The notes under the pieces were generated by a model. The model searched no databases. It saw nothing but the letters and a program-made list of their open reading frames with translations, and had not been told where the DNA came from. Shown here piece after piece: positions 11,201 to 26,200 of a stretch of 64,000 nucleotides of DNA. This DNA is from Haplodiscus bocki (Eukaryota): positions 60,574,001 to 60,638,000 of the forward strand of contig OZ296658.1 of assembly GCA_965655095.1 (NCBI GenBank), read 5' to 3'. Made by a program: the position numbers and the translations under genes. Each line of letters starts with the position of its first letter. Position 1 is the stretch's first letter.

Positions 11201-14200
11201 TCCATCACAGTCGTTTTTCTTTTTTCCACTCGCTCGCAGCTCGCATTTGTGCTCTCATGCTGAAGTTGCTACCTAAATTTTCTCCTTGCATCTTTGATTT
11301 CTTGCAATAAAACTATCAAGTGGCCTAGTTGCTAGCTTTTATGCTGGTTTCAGTTGAACAACAGCCGAAATTTTTCAAAAAGTTGAATTTTTTTGCACCA
11401 CAAAATTATTAAACCTGAGACAACAGATTTCGTGTCAAATTGAGTCTGCAGTAGTTTTGGTAGCACCTCTTCGCCATTCAAAATGAGATATAGTTGCTCA
11501 ATATGTTCACTGGTGTGTCGTTGTTGCAGATATTGCCAGGTTCAGCTTCGCTTGTCGGTCTAAGTTGTGAGAAAAGCTATGTTTGACTTTTGTGTGCCCG
11601 AGTTCCGATGAGAAGCCGACTCATTTCACAATCAAGCAAAATTTGGTCGCTTCTTTTTTGTTGGTTAGCTTAGACAGGCAAGTTTTAGTTTTGCATCCCG
11701 GCACAAGTTTTGATAACTGTACTCCACAAAGACGAACTGCTTCTTTTTCAAACATTTTATGCGCCTTCTTGCTGTTTGATTACTTCTATTGGCCCACTGT
11801 TGTTCACAAAAAAAAGCTTCATTTTGATATTTGCTGAGAATATACCTTCTGTGGCAAATGTAAAGTCGTTGTTTTTTTCCCTCTTTCACGTTCATTTACA
11901 GTTCACAATTGTGTCTACGTAAAAATTTTTCCTAGATTTTATTCGAACCACATCAATTTGTTGGAAAAAGTTAACAGCGAGCAATTTTTTTTACTTTTTC
12001 GGCTTTCTTCAATTGATTGGCAACAAAATTATTTCCAATTTTTTTCTGCACCTCCCAATACAATTGTTATACTCCAAAAGAAAATTGAAATCTGTGTAAT
12101 TGTTTACTTGGTTTTTTGGTAGAATCACTTTCCACATAATATTAGTGGAACTTGCTCGTTATAATCAGTAATCCACTGGAGCGAATGTTGCCAAGCTCAG
12201 CGTCAGCTCTGGATCTCAGTTGTGAGGCAAAGTAAACTTCAAGTGACTTTTTAGTGTGTCTGATTTCCAATTAGAATCCATTTGATAAATCGAGCGAGGA
12301 ATCAATGGTCCGCTAGTTTCGATTTGGTGAAGTTAACCTCGCAGTTTTAAATTCAGCTTCCACACACGCCATATTGGTTGCTGTAACCCACTATAAAGCA
12401 CACGGACTTCCTTTGAAAAAGTTTATTCGCTTTGGTCATGGTTGGTCCTTCCAGTGGGCCAGGTTCTGTTTACAAAAAAAGACCTTCGCTTCACGTTTTG
12501 CTGTAGTTCACCAGCGCAGGTAACTTTTGTTTCGGGCTGTTTTTAGTTTTTCCCCTCCTTTCAAGGCGTAGTTTTTCGCCTGCATACTAAAGTTGCCTAA
12601 ACTTTGCTCAAGCGTTCGCGATGTTTTCCATGAAAACATTACCGTGGCTGTATTTCCAGCTTGCACTTTTGTTTTAGGTGAACAACAACAGAATTGACCG
12701 CTAAAGTTGGTTGCGCTACCTAATTTTAAACATACACACCTTGGTTGGGTAAACTTTTGTTTGTTTTTGAAATCTGTAAGTTTGATAGTATGTTTTTACC
12801 TTCTTTATCAGCAATACTTCTCGAGATTTGCGCTGGTGTTCCCTTGGCGCAAATGTTGCCATGCTCAGCTACGCCTCTGGGTCTTTGTTGTGGTTCAGTT
12901 GATTATGAGTCACATCGTTTGTTTGCATGAGTTCCATTTGGAGTCCATTTGATGCCTCGAGCGGGAATAATGTTGCTTGGTTGTTATTAGTTGGTCAATT
13001 ATTACCTGCAAAACTGAGATTTGCTTCCAGACACGCTGTATTGACTACTGCTATACGGTGCGATACAGAGGAGAGTTTTTTTAAACTTAATTTGAGGGCT
13101 GTCTTTCGGTTAATTGTTCAAGCTGGTAAGAGTACTCCCCAAAAGGACGCTTTGCTCTGCGACTTGCACAATTACACCTGCTTGAGAAAAAGTCCATCAC
13201 AGTCGTTTTTTTTTCCACTCGCTCGCAGCTCGCATTTGTGCTCTCATGCTGAAGTTGCTACCTAAATTTTCTCCTTGCATCTTTGATTTCTTGCAATAAA
13301 ACTATCAAGTGGCCTAATTGCTAGCTTTTATGCTGGTTTCAGTTGAACAACAGCCGAAATTTTTCAAAAAGTTGAATTTTTTTGCACCACAAAATTATTA
13401 AACCTGATACAACAGATTTCGTGTCAAATTGAGTCTGCAGTAGTTTTGGTAGCACCTCTTCGCCATTCAAAATGAGATATAGTTGCTCAATATGTTCACT
13501 GGTGTGTCGTTGTTGCAGATATTGCCAGGTTCAGCTTCGCTTGTCGGTCTAAGCTGTGAGAAAAGCTATGTTTGACTTTTGTGTGCCAGAGTTCCGATGA
13601 GAAACCGACTCATTTCACAATCAAGCAAAATTTGGTCGCTTCTTTTTTGTTGGTTAGCTTAGACAGGCAAGTTTTAGTTTTGCATCCCGGCACAAGTTTT
13701 GATAACTGTACTCCACAAAGACGAACTGCTTATTTTTCAAACATTTTATGCGCCTTCTTGCTGTTTGATTACTTCTATTGGCCCACTTTTGTTCACAAAA
13801 AAAGCTTCATTTTGATATTTGCTGAGAATATACCTTCTGTGGCAAATGTAAAGTCGTTGTTTTTTTCCCTCTTTCACCTTCATTTACAGTTCACAATTGT
13901 GTCTACGTAAAAATTTTTCCTAGATTTTATTCGAACCACATCAATTTGTTGGAAAAAGTTAACAGGGAGCAATTTTTTTTACTTTTTCGGCTTTCTTCAA
14001 TTGATTGGCAACAAAATTATTTCCAATTTTTTTCTGCACCTCCCAATACAATTGTTATACTCCAAAAGAAAATTGAAATCTGTGTAATTGTTTACTTGGT
14101 TTTTTGGTAGAATCACTTTCCACATAATATTAGTGGAACTTGCTCGTTATAATCAGTAATCCACTGGAGCGAATGTTGCCAAGCTCAGCGTCAGCTCTGG

Positions 14201-17200
14201 ATCTCAGTTGTGAGGCAAAGTAAACTTCAAGTGACTTTTTAGTGTGTCTGATTTCCAATTAGAATCCATTTGATAAATCGAGCGAGGAATCAATGGTCCG
14301 CTAGTTTCGATTTGGTGAAGTTAACCTCGCAGTTTTAAATTCAGCTTGCACACACGCCATATTGGTTGCTGTAACCCACTATAAAGCACACGGACTTTCT
14401 TTGAAAAAGTTTATTCGCTTTGGTCATGCTTGGTCCTTCCAGTGGGCCAGGTTCTGTTTACAAAAAAAGACCTTCGCTTCAAGTTTTGCTGTAGTTCACC
14501 AGCGCAGGTAACTTTTGTTTCGGGCTGTTTTTAGTTTTTCCCCTCCTTTCAAGGCGTAGTTTTTCGCCTGTATACTAAAGTTGCCTAAACTTTGCTCAAG
14601 CGTTCACGATGTTTTCCATGAAAACATTACCGTGGCTGTATTTCCAGCTTGCACTTTTGTTTTAGGTGAACAACAACAGAATTGACCGCTAAAGTTGGTT
14701 GCGCTACCTAATTTTAAATATACACACCTTGGTTGGGTAAACTTTTGTTTGTTTTTGAAATCTGTAAGTTTGATAGTATGTTTTTACCTTCTTTATCAGC
14801 AATACTTCTCGAGATTTGCGCTGGTGTTCCCTTGGCGCAAATGTTGCCATGCTCAGCTACGCCTCTGGGTCTTTGTTGTGGTTCAGTTGATTATGAGTCA
14901 CATCGTTTGTTTGCATGAGTTCCATTTGGAGTCCATTTGATGCCTCGAGCGGGAATAATGTTGCTTGGTTGTTATTAGTTGGTCAATTATTACCTGCAAA
15001 ACTGAGATTTGCTTCCAGACACGCTGTATTGACTACTGCGATACGGTGCGATACAGAGGAGAGTTTTTTTAAACTTCATTTGAGGGCTGTCTTTCGGTTA
15101 ATTGTTCAAGCTGGTAAAAGTACCTCCAATAGGACGCTTTGCACTGAGACTCGCACAATTACACCTTCTTGAGAAAAAAGTCAATCACAGTCGTTTTTCT
15201 TTTTTCCGCTCGCTCCCAGCTCGCATATGTGCTCTCATGCTGAAGTTGCTACCAAGATTTTGTCCATGCATCTTTGATTTCTTGCAATAAAACTGTCACG
15301 TGGCCTAATTGCGAGCTCTAATGCTGGTTTCAGTTAAAAAACAGCCGAAATTTTTCCAAAAGTTGTATATTTTTGCACCACACAAATTTTGAACCTGAGA
15401 CAACAGAATTCGGATCAAATTGATTCTTCAGTAGTTTTGGTAGCACCTCTTCGACTTTCAAAAAAGGATATAATTGCTCAAAATGTCCACTGGTGTATCG
15501 TTGGTGCAGATATTGCCAGGTTCAGCTTCGCTTGTCGGTCTAAAATTTGAGAAAAGCTATGTTTGTCTTACTGTGTGCCCAAGCTCCGATGAGAAACTGA
15601 CTCATTTCACAATCAAGCAAAAATTGGTTGGTTCTTTTCTGTTGGTTAGCTTAGACAGGCAAGTTATATTTTTGCATCCCGGTACAAGTTTTGATAACTG
15701 TACTCCACAAAGACGAACTGCTTCTTTTTCGAACGTTTTATGCGCCTTCTTGTTGTTTGATTACTTCTATTGGCCAAGTTTTGCTCACAAAAAAAAGCTT
15801 CATTTTGATATTTGCTGAGAATATACCTTCTGTGGCAAATGTAAAGTCGTTGTTTGTTTCCCTCTTTCACGTTCATTTACAGTTCACATTTGTGTCTGCG
15901 TAAGAATTGTTCCTAGATTTTATTCGAACCCCATCAACTTGTTGATAAAAGTTAATCAGTGAGCATTTTTTTTTACTTTTTCGGCTTTCTTCAATTGATT
16001 GGCAACAAAATTAATTCCAAATTTTTTCTGCACCTCCCAATACAATTGTTGTACTCCAAAAGAAAATTGAAATCTGTGTAAATGTTTACTTGGTTGTTTG
16101 GTAGAATCACTTTCCACATAAAATTAGTGGAACTTGCTCGATATAATCACAAGTAATGCACTGGAGCGAATGTTGCCAAGCTCAGCGTCAGCACTGCGTC
16201 TCAGTTGTGAGGCAAAGTAAACTTCAAGTGGCTTTTTAGTGTGTCTGATTTCCAATTAGAATCCATTTGATATCTCGAACGAGGAAATAATGGTCCGCTA
16301 CTTTCCAGTTGGTGAAGTTAACCTTGCAGTTTTAAATTCAGCTTCCACACACGCCAGAGTTTTTGCTGTAACCCACTTTAAAGCACACGGCTTTTCTTTG
16401 AAAATGTTTATTCGCTTTGGCCTTGGTTGGTCTTTTCCAGTGGGCCAGGTTCTGTTTACAAAAAAGACCTTCGCTTCAAGTTTTGCTGTAGTTCACCAGC
16501 GCAGGCAATTTCAATTTTTCTTTCGAGCTGTTTTAATTTTTCCCTTCTGTTCAAGGCCTAGTTTTTTGCCTGCATACTAAAGTTGCCTAGACTTTGCTCA
16601 AGCGTTCACGATGTTTTCCATGGAAAGATTACCGTGGCTGGTTTTCCAGCTTGCACTTTTGTTTTAGTTGAACAACAACAGAAATGACCGCTAAAGTTGG
16701 TTGCGCTAGCTAATATTAAAAATACACACCTTGGTTGAGTCAACTTTTGTTTGTTTGCGAACTCTGTGAGTTTGATAGTACATCTTTACCTTCTTTATCA
16801 GCAATACTTCTCGAGATTTGCGCTGGTGTTCCCTTGGCGCAAATGTTGCCATGCTCAGCTACGCCTCTGGGTCTTTGTTGTGGTTCAGTTGATTATGAGT
16901 CACATGGTTTGTTTGCATGAGTTCCATTTGGAGTCCATTTGATGTCTCGAGCTGGAAAAATAATGCTTGGTTTTTATTAGTTGGTCAATTTTTACCTGCA
17001 AAACTGAGATTTGCTTCCAGATACGCTGTATTGATTACTGCGATACGGTGCGATACAAAGGAGAAATTTTTTAACTTCATTTGAGCGCTGTTTTTTGGTT
17101 AATTGTTCAAGTTGGTAAGAGTACGCCCCAATAGGACGCTTTGCTCTGAGACTCGCACAATTACACCTGCTTGAGAAAAAATTCCATCACAGTCGTTTTT

Positions 17201-20200
17201 CTTTTTTCCACTCATTCGCAGCTCGCATTTGTGCTCTCATGCTGAAGTTGCTACCAAGATTTTGTCCATGCATCTTTGATTTATTGCAATAAAACTGTCA
17301 CGTGGCCTAATTGCGAGCTCTAATGCTGGTTTCAGTTAAATAACAGCCGAAATTTTTCCAAACGTTGTATATTTTTGCACCACACAAATTTTGAACCTGA
17401 GACAACAGAATTCGGATCAAATTGATTCTTCAGTAGTTTTGGTAGCACCTCTTCGCCTTTCAAAAAAGGATATAATTGATCAAAATGTCCACTGGTGTGT
17501 CGTTGGTGCAGATATTGCCAGGTTCAGCTTCGCTTGTCGGTCTAAAATTTGAGAAAAGCTATGTTTGACTTACTGTGTGCCCAAGCTCCGATGAGAAACC
17601 GACTCATTTCACAATCAAGCAAAAATTGGTTGGTTCTTTTCTGTTGGTTAGCTTAGACAGGCAAGTTATATTTTTGCATCCCGGTACAAGTTTTGATAAC
17701 TGTACTCCACAAAGACGAATTGCTTCTTTTTCGAACGTTTTATGCGCCTTCTTGTTGTTTGATTACTTCTATTGGCCAAGTTTTGCTCACAAAAAAAGAG
17801 CTTCATTTTGATATTTGCTGAGAATATACCTTCTGTGGCAAATGTAAAGTCGTTGTTTGTTTCCCTCTTTCACGTTCATTTACAGTTCACATTTGTGTCT
17901 GCGTAAGAATTGTTCCTAGATTTTATTCGAACCCCATCAATTTGTTGATAAAAGTTAATCAGTGAGCATTTTTTTTACTTTTTCGGCTTTCTTCAATTGA
18001 TTGGCAACAAAATTAATTCCAAATTTTTTCTGCACCTCCCAATACAATTGTTATACTCCAAAAGAAAATTGAAATCTGTGTAAATGTTTACTTGGTTTTT
18101 TGATAGAATCACTTTCCACATAATATTAGTGGAACTTGCTCGATATAATCACAAGTAATGCACTGGAGCGAATGTTGCCAAGCTCAGCGTCAGCACTGCG
18201 TCTCAGTTGTGAGGCAAAGTAAACTTCAAGTGGCTTTTTAGTGTGTCTGATTTCCAATTAGAATCCATTTGATATCTCGAACGAGGAATTAATGGTCCGC
18301 TACTTTCCAGTTGGTGAAGTTAACCTTGCAGTTTTAAATTCAGCTTCCACACACGCCAGAGTTTTTGCTGTAACCCAATTTAAAGCACACGGCTTTTCTT
18401 TGAAAATGTTTATTCGCTTTGGTCTTGGTTGGTCTTTCCAGTGGGCCAGGTTCTGTTTACAAAAAAGACCTTCGCTTCAAGTTTTGCTGTAGTTCACCAG
18501 CGCAGGCAATTTTTCTTTCGAGCTGTTTTAATTTTTCCCTTCCGTTCAAGGCCCAGTTTTTTGCCTGCATACTAAAGTTGCCTAGACTTTTGCTCAAGCG
18601 TTCACGATGTTTTCCATGAAAAGATTACCGTGGCTGGTTTTCCAGCTTGCACATTTGTTTTAGTTGAACAACAACAGAAATGACCGCTAAAGTTGGTTGC
18701 GCTAGCTAATATTAAAAATACACAACTTGGTTGAGTAAACTTTTGTTCGTTTGCGAATTCTGTGAGTTTGATAGTACATCTTTACCTTCTTTATCAGCAA
18801 TACTTCTCGAGATTTGCGCTGGTGTTCCCTTGGCGCAAATGTTGCCATGCTCAGCTACGCCTCTGGGTCTTTGTTGTGGTTCAGTTGATTATGAGTCACA
18901 TCGTTTGTTTGCATGAGTTCCATTTGGAGTCCATTTGATGTCTCGGGCTGGAAAAATAATGCTTGGTTGTTTTTAGTTGGTCAATTTTTACCTGCAAAAC
19001 TGAGATTTGCTTCCAGATACGCTGTATTGATTACTGCGATACGGTGCGATACAAAGGAGAAATTTTTTAACTTCATTTGAGCGCTGTTTTTTGGTTAATT
19101 GTTCAAGTTGGTAAGAGTACGCCCCAATAGGACGCTTTGCTCTGAGACTCGCACAATTACACCTGCTTGAGAAAAAATTCCATCACAGTCGTTTTTCTTT
19201 TTTCCACTCATTCGCAGCTCGCATTTGTGCTCTCATGCTGAAGTTACTACCTAAATTTTCTCTTTGCATCTTTGATTTCTTGCAAGAAAACTGTCAAGTG
19301 GCATAATTGCTAGCTTTTATGCTGGTTTCAGTTGAACAACAGCCGAAATTTTTCCAAAAGTTGTATTTTTTTGCACCACAAAATTATTAAACCTGAGACA
19401 ACAGAATTCGTGTCAAATTGAGTCTGCAGTAGTTTTGGTAGCACCTCTTCGCCATTCAAAATGAGATATAGTTGCTCAATATGTTCACTGGTGTGTCGTT
19501 GTTGCAGATATTGCCAGGTTCAGCTTCGCTCGTCGGTCTAAGTTGTGATAAAAGCTATGTTTGACCTACTGTGTGCCCAAGTTCCGATGAGAAACCAACT
19601 CATTTCACAATCAAGCAAAATTTGGTTGCTTCTTTTCTGTTGGTTAGCTTAGACAGGCAAGTTTTAGTTTTGCATCCCGGCACAAGTTTTGATAACTGTA
19701 CTCCACAAAGACGAACGGCTTCTTTTTCAAACATTTTATGCGCCTTCTTGCTGTTTGATTACTTCTATTGGCCAAGTTTTGTTCACAAAAAAAAGAGCTT
19801 CATTTTGATATTTGCTCAGAATATACCTTCTGTGGCAAATCTAAAGTCGTTGTTTTTATCCCTCTTTCACGTTCATTTACAGTTCACATTTGTGTCTACG
19901 TAAAAATTGTTCCTAGATTTTACTCGAACCTCATCAATTTGTTGGAAAAAAAAAATCAGGGAGCGTTTTTTTTACTTTTTCGGCTTTCTTCAATTGATTG
20001 GCAACAAAATTGATTCCAGATTTGTTCTGCACCTCCCAATACAATTGTTTTACTCCAAAAGTAAATTGAAATCTGTGGGAATGTTTACTTGGTTTTTTGG
20101 TAGAATCACTTTCCACATAATATTAGTGGAACTTGCTCGTTATAATCACAAGTAATCCACTGGAGCGAATGTTGCCAAGCTCAGCGTCAACTCTGGGTCT

Positions 20201-23200
20201 CAGTTGTGGAGCAAAGTAAACATCAAGTGGCTTTTAAGTGTGTCTGATTTCCAATGAGAATCCATTTGATAAATCGAGCGAGGAATTAATGGTCCGCTAG
20301 TTTCCAGTTGGTGAAGTTAACCTCGCAGTTCTAAATTCAGCTGCCACACACGCCATATTGGTTGTCGTAACCCACTATAAAGCACACGGACTTTCTTTGA
20401 AAAAGTTTTTTCGCTTTGGTCATGGTTGGTCCTTCCAGTGGGCCAGGTTCTGTTTACAAAAAAAAGACCTTCGCTTCAAGTTTTGCTGTAGTTCACCAGC
20501 GCAGGTAACTTTTGTTTCGGGCTGTTTTTAGTTTTTCCCATCCTTTCAAGGCCTAGTTTTTTGCCTGCATACTAAAGTTGCCTAGACTTTGCTCAAGCGT
20601 TCACGATGTTTTCCATGAAAATATTACCGTGGCTGGTTTTCCAGCTTGCACTTTTGTTTTAATTGAACAACATTAAAAATGACCGCTAAAGTTGGTTGCA
20701 CTACTTAAAATCAAACATATACACCATAGTTGAGTAAACAATTGTTTGTTTGTGAAATCTGTATTTTTGACAGTACATCTTTACCTTCTTTATCGGCAAA
20801 ACTTCTCGAGATTTGCGCTAGTGTTCCCTTGGCGCAAATGTTGCCATGCTCAGCTACGCCTCTGGGACTTTGTTGTGGTTCAGTTGATTATGAGTCACAT
20901 CGTTTGTTTGCATGAGTACAATTTGGAGTCCATTTGATGTCTCGAGCGGGAATTTTGTTGCTTGGTTGTTATTAGTTGGTCAATTTTTACCTGCAAAACT
21001 GATATTTGCTTCCAGATACGCTGTATTGACTAGTGCGATACGGTGCGATACAAAGGAGAAAATTTTTAAAATCATTTGAGCGCTGTTTTTTGGTTAATTG
21101 TTCAAGTTGGTAAGAACACGCCCCAATAGGACGCTTTGCTGTGAGACTCGCACAGTTACACCTGCTTGAGAAAAAATTCCATCACAGTCGTTTTTCTTTT
21201 TTCCACTCACTCCCAGCTCGCATATGTGCTCTCATGCTGAATTTACTACCTAGATTTTGTCCATGCATCTTTAATTTCTTGCAATAAAACTGTCACCTGG
21301 CCTAATTGCTAGCTCTTATGCTAGTTTCAGTTAAATCACAGTCGAAATTTTTCCAAAAGTTGTATATTTTTGCAACACACAATTTTTGAACCTGAGACAA
21401 CAGAATTCGTGTCAAATTGATTCTTCAGTAGTTTTGGTAGCACCTCTTCGCCATTCAAAATACGATATAGTTGCTCAATTTGTTCACTGCTGTGACGATG
21501 GTGCAGATATTGCCAGGTTCCGCTTCGCTTGTCGGTCTAAGTTGTGAGAAAAGGTATGTTTGACTTACTGTGTGCCCAAGTTCCGATGAGAAACCGACTC
21601 ATTTCACAATCAACCAAAATTTGGTTGGTTCTTTTCTGTTGGTTAGCTTAGACAGGCAATTTATACTTTTGCATCCCGGCACAAGTTTTGATAACTGTAC
21701 TCCACAAACACGAACTGCTTCTTTTTCAAACATTTTATGCGCCTTCTTGCTGTTTGATCACTTCTATTGGCCAAGTTTTGCTCACAAAAAGAAGAGCTTC
21801 AATTTGATATTCGCTGAGAATATACCTTCTGTGGCAAATGTAAAGTCGTTGTTTTTTTCCCTCTTTCACGTTCATTAACAGTTCACATTTGTGTCTACGT
21901 AAAAATTGTTCCTACATTTTACTCGAACCCCATCAATTTGTTGGAAAAAGTTAATCAGGGAGCATTTTTTTTACTTTTTCGGCTTCCTTCAATTGATTGG
22001 CAACAAAATTAATTCCAAACTTTTTCTGCACCTCCCAATACAATTGTTATACTCCAAAAGAAAATTGAAATCTGTGTAAATGTTTACTTGGTTTTTTGGT
22101 AGAATCACTTTCCACATAATATTAGTGGAACTTGCTCGTCATAATCACAAGTAATCCACTGGAGCGAATGTTGCCAAGCTCAGCGTCAGCTCTCGGTCTC
22201 GGTTGTGGAGCAAAGTAAACATCAAGTGGCTTTTTAGTGTGTCTGATTTCCAATTAGAATCCATTTGATAAATCGAACGAGGAATTGATGGTCCGCTAGT
22301 TTCGAGTTGGTGAAGTTAACCTGGCAGTTTTAAATTCAGCTTCCACACACGCCATATTGGTTGCTGTAACCCACTATAAAGCACACGGACTTTCTTTGAA
22401 AAAATTTCCTCGCTTTGGTCTTGGTTGGTCCTTCCAGTGGGCCAGGTTCTGTTTACAAAAAAAGACCTTCGCTTCAAGTTTTGCTGTAGTTCACCAGCGC
22501 AGGCAACTTTTCTTTCGAGCTGTTTTTAGTTTTTCCCCTCCTTTCAATGCCTAGTTTTTTACCTGCATACTAAAGTTGCCTAGACTTTGCTCAAGCGTTC
22601 ACGATGTTTTCCATGAAAAGATTACCGTGGCTGGTTTTCCAGCTTGCATTTTTGTTTTAGTTGAAGAACAACAGAAATGACCGCTAAAGTTGGTTGCGCT
22701 ACCTAATATTAAATATACACACCTTGGTTGAGTAAACTTTTGTTTGTTTGCGAACTCTGTGAGTTTGATAGTACATCTTTACCTTCTTTATCAGCAATAC
22801 TTCTCGAGATTTGCGCTGGTGTTCCCTTGGCGCAAATGTTGCCATGCTCAGCTACGCCTCTGGGTCTTTGTTGTGGTTCAGTTGATTATGAGTCACATCG
22901 TTTGTTTGCATGAGTTCCATTTGGAGTCCACTTGATGTCTCGAGCGGGGATAATGTTGCTTGGTTGTTATTAGTTGGTCAATTTTTACCTGCAAAACTGA
23001 GATTTGCTTCCAGATACGCTGTATTTACTAGTGCGATACGGTGCGATACAAAGGAGAAAATTTTTAAATTCATTTGAGCGCTGTTTTTTGGTTAATTGTT
23101 CAAGTTGGTAAGAACACGCCCCAATAGGACGCTTTGCTCTGAGACTCGCACAATTACACCTGCTTGAGAAAAAAGTCCATCACAGTCGTTTTTCTTTTTT

Positions 23201-26200
23201 CCACTCACTCCCAGCTCCCATATGTGCTCTCATGCTGAATTTACTACCTAGACTTTGTCCATGCATCTTTGATTTCTTGCAATAAAACTGTCACGTGGCC
23301 TAATTGCTAGCTCTTATGCTGGTTTCAGTTAAATAACAGTCGAATTTTTTCCAAAAGTTTTATATTTTTGCACCACACAATTTTTGAACCTGAGACAACA
23401 GAATTCGTGTCAAATTGATTCTTCAGTAGTTTTGGTAGCACCTCTTCGCCATTCAAAAAAAGATATAGTTGCTCAATATGTTCATTGCTGTGTCGAAGGT
23501 GCAGATATTGCCAGGTTCCGCTTCGCTTGTCGGTCTAAGTTGTGAGAAAAGGTATGTTTGACTTACTGTGTGCCCAAGTTCCGATGAGAAACCGACTCAT
23601 TTCACAATCAACCAAAATTTGGTTGGTTCTTTTCTGTTGGTTAGCTTAGACAGGCAATTTATACTTTTGCATCCCGGCACAAGTTTTGATAACTGTACTC
23701 CACAAACACGAACTGCTTCTTTTTCAAACATTTTATGCGCCTTCTTGCTGTTTGATCACTTCTATTGGCCAAGTTTTGCTCACAAAAAGAAGAGCTTCAA
23801 TTTGATATTCGCTGAGAATATACCTTCTGTGGCAAATGTAAAGTCGTTGTTTTTTTCCCTCTTTCACGTTCATTAACAGTTCACATTTGTGTCTACGTAA
23901 AAATTGTTCCTAGATTTTACTCGAACCCCATCAATTTGTTGGAAAAAGTTAATCAGGGAGCACTTTTTTTACTTTTTCGGCTTTCTTCAATTGATTGGCA
24001 ACAAAATTAATTCCAAACTTTTTCTGCACCTCCCAATACAATTGTTATACTCCAAAAGAAAATTGAAATCTGTGTAAATGTTTACTTGGTTTTTTGGTAG
24101 AATCACTTTCCACATAATATTAGTGGAACTTGCTCGTCATAATCACAAGTAATCCACTGGAGCGAATGTTGCCAAGCTCAGCGTCAGCTCTCGGTCTCAG
24201 TTGTGGAGCAAAGTAAACATCAAGTGGCTTTTTAGTGTGTCTGATTTCCAATTAGAGTCCATTTGATAAATCGAACGAGGAATTGATGGTCCGCTAGTTT
24301 CGAGTTGGTGAAGTTAACCTCGCAGTTTTAAATTCAGCTTCCACACACGCCATATTAGTTGCTGTAACCCACTAAAAAGCACACGGACTTTCTTTGAAAA
24401 AACTTCCTCGCTTTGGTCTTGGTTGGTCCTTCCAGTGGGCCAGGTTCTGTTTACAAAAAAAGACCTTCGCTTCAAGTTTTGCTGTAGTTCACCAGCGCAG
24501 GCAACTTTTCTTTCGAGCTGTTTTTATTTTTTCCCCTCCTTTCAATGCCTAGTTTTTTGCCTGCATACTAAAGTTGCCTAGACTTTGCTCAAGCGTTCAC
24601 GATGTTTTCCATGAAAAGATTACCGTGACTTGTTCTCCAGCTTGGACGTTTGTTTTAGTTCAACATTAACAGAATTGACCGCTAAAGTTGGTTGCGCTAC
24701 CTAATATTATATATACACACCTTGGTTGAGTAAACTTTTGTTTGTTTGTGAAATCTGTAAGTTTGATAGTACATCTTTACCTTCTTTATCAGCAATACTT
24801 CTCGAGATTTGCGCTGGTGTTCCCTTGGCGCAAATGTTGCCATGCTCAGCTACGCCTCTGGGTCTTTGTTGTGGTTCAGTTGATTATGAGTCACATCGTT
24901 TGTTTGCATGAGTTCCATTTGGAGTCCACTTGATGTCTCGAGCGGGGATAATGTTGCTTGGTTGTTATTAGTTGGTCAATTTTTACCTGCAAAACTGAGA
25001 TTTGCTTCCAGATACGCTGTATTTACTAGTGCGATACGGTGCGATACAAAGGAGAAAATTTTTAAATTCATTTGAGCGCTGTTTTTTGGTTAATTGTTCA
25101 AGTTGGTAAGAACACGCCCCAATAGGACGCTTTGCTCTGAGACTCGCACAATTACACCTGCTTGAGAAAAAAGTCCATCACAGTCGTTTTTCTTTTTTCC
25201 ACTCACTCCCAGCTCCCATATGTGCTCTCATGCTGAATTTACTACCTAGACTTTGTCCATGCATCTTTGATTTCTTGCAATAAAACTGTCACGTGGCCTA
25301 ATTGCTAGCTCTTATGCTGGTTTCAGTTAAATAACAGTCGAATTTTTTCCAAAAGTTTTATATTTTTGCACCACACAATTTTTGAACCTGAGACAACAGA
25401 ATTCGTGTCAAATTGATTCTTCAGTAGTTATGGTAGCACCTCTTCGCCATTCAAAATAAGATATAGTTGCTCAATATGTTCATTGCTGTGTCGATGGTGG
25501 TGCAGATATTGCCAGGTTCTGCTTCGCTTGTCGGTCTAAGTTGTGAGAAAAGGTATGTTTGACTTACTGTGTGCCCAAGTTCCGATGAGAAACCGACTCA
25601 TTTCACAATCAACCAAAATTTGGTTGGTTCTTTTCTGTTGGTTAGCTTAGACAGGCAATTTATACTTTTGCATCCCGGCACATGTTTTGATAACTGTACT
25701 CCACAAACACGAACTGCTTCTTTTTCAAACATTTTATGCGCCTTCTTGCTGTTTGATCACTTCTATTGGCCAAGTTTTGCTCACAAAAAGAAGAGCTTCA
25801 ATTTGATATTCGCTGAGAATATACCTTCTGTGGCAAATGTAAAGTCGTTGTTTTTTCCCTCTTTCACGTTCATTAACAGTTCACATTTGTGTCTACGTAA
25901 AAATTGTTCCTAGATTTTACTCGAACCCCATCAATTTGTTAGAAAAAGTTAATCAGGGAGCATTTTTTTTTACTTTTTCGGCTTTCTTCAATTGATTGAC
26001 AACAACATTAATTCCAAACTTTTTCTGCACCTCCCAATACAATTGTTATACTCCAAAAGAAAATTGAAATCTGTGTAAATGTTTACTTGGTTTTTTGGTA
26101 GAATCACTTTCCACATAATATTAGTGGAACTTGCTCGATATAATCACAAGTAATCCACTGGAGCGATTGTTGCCAAGCTCAGCGTCAGCTCTGGGTCTCA

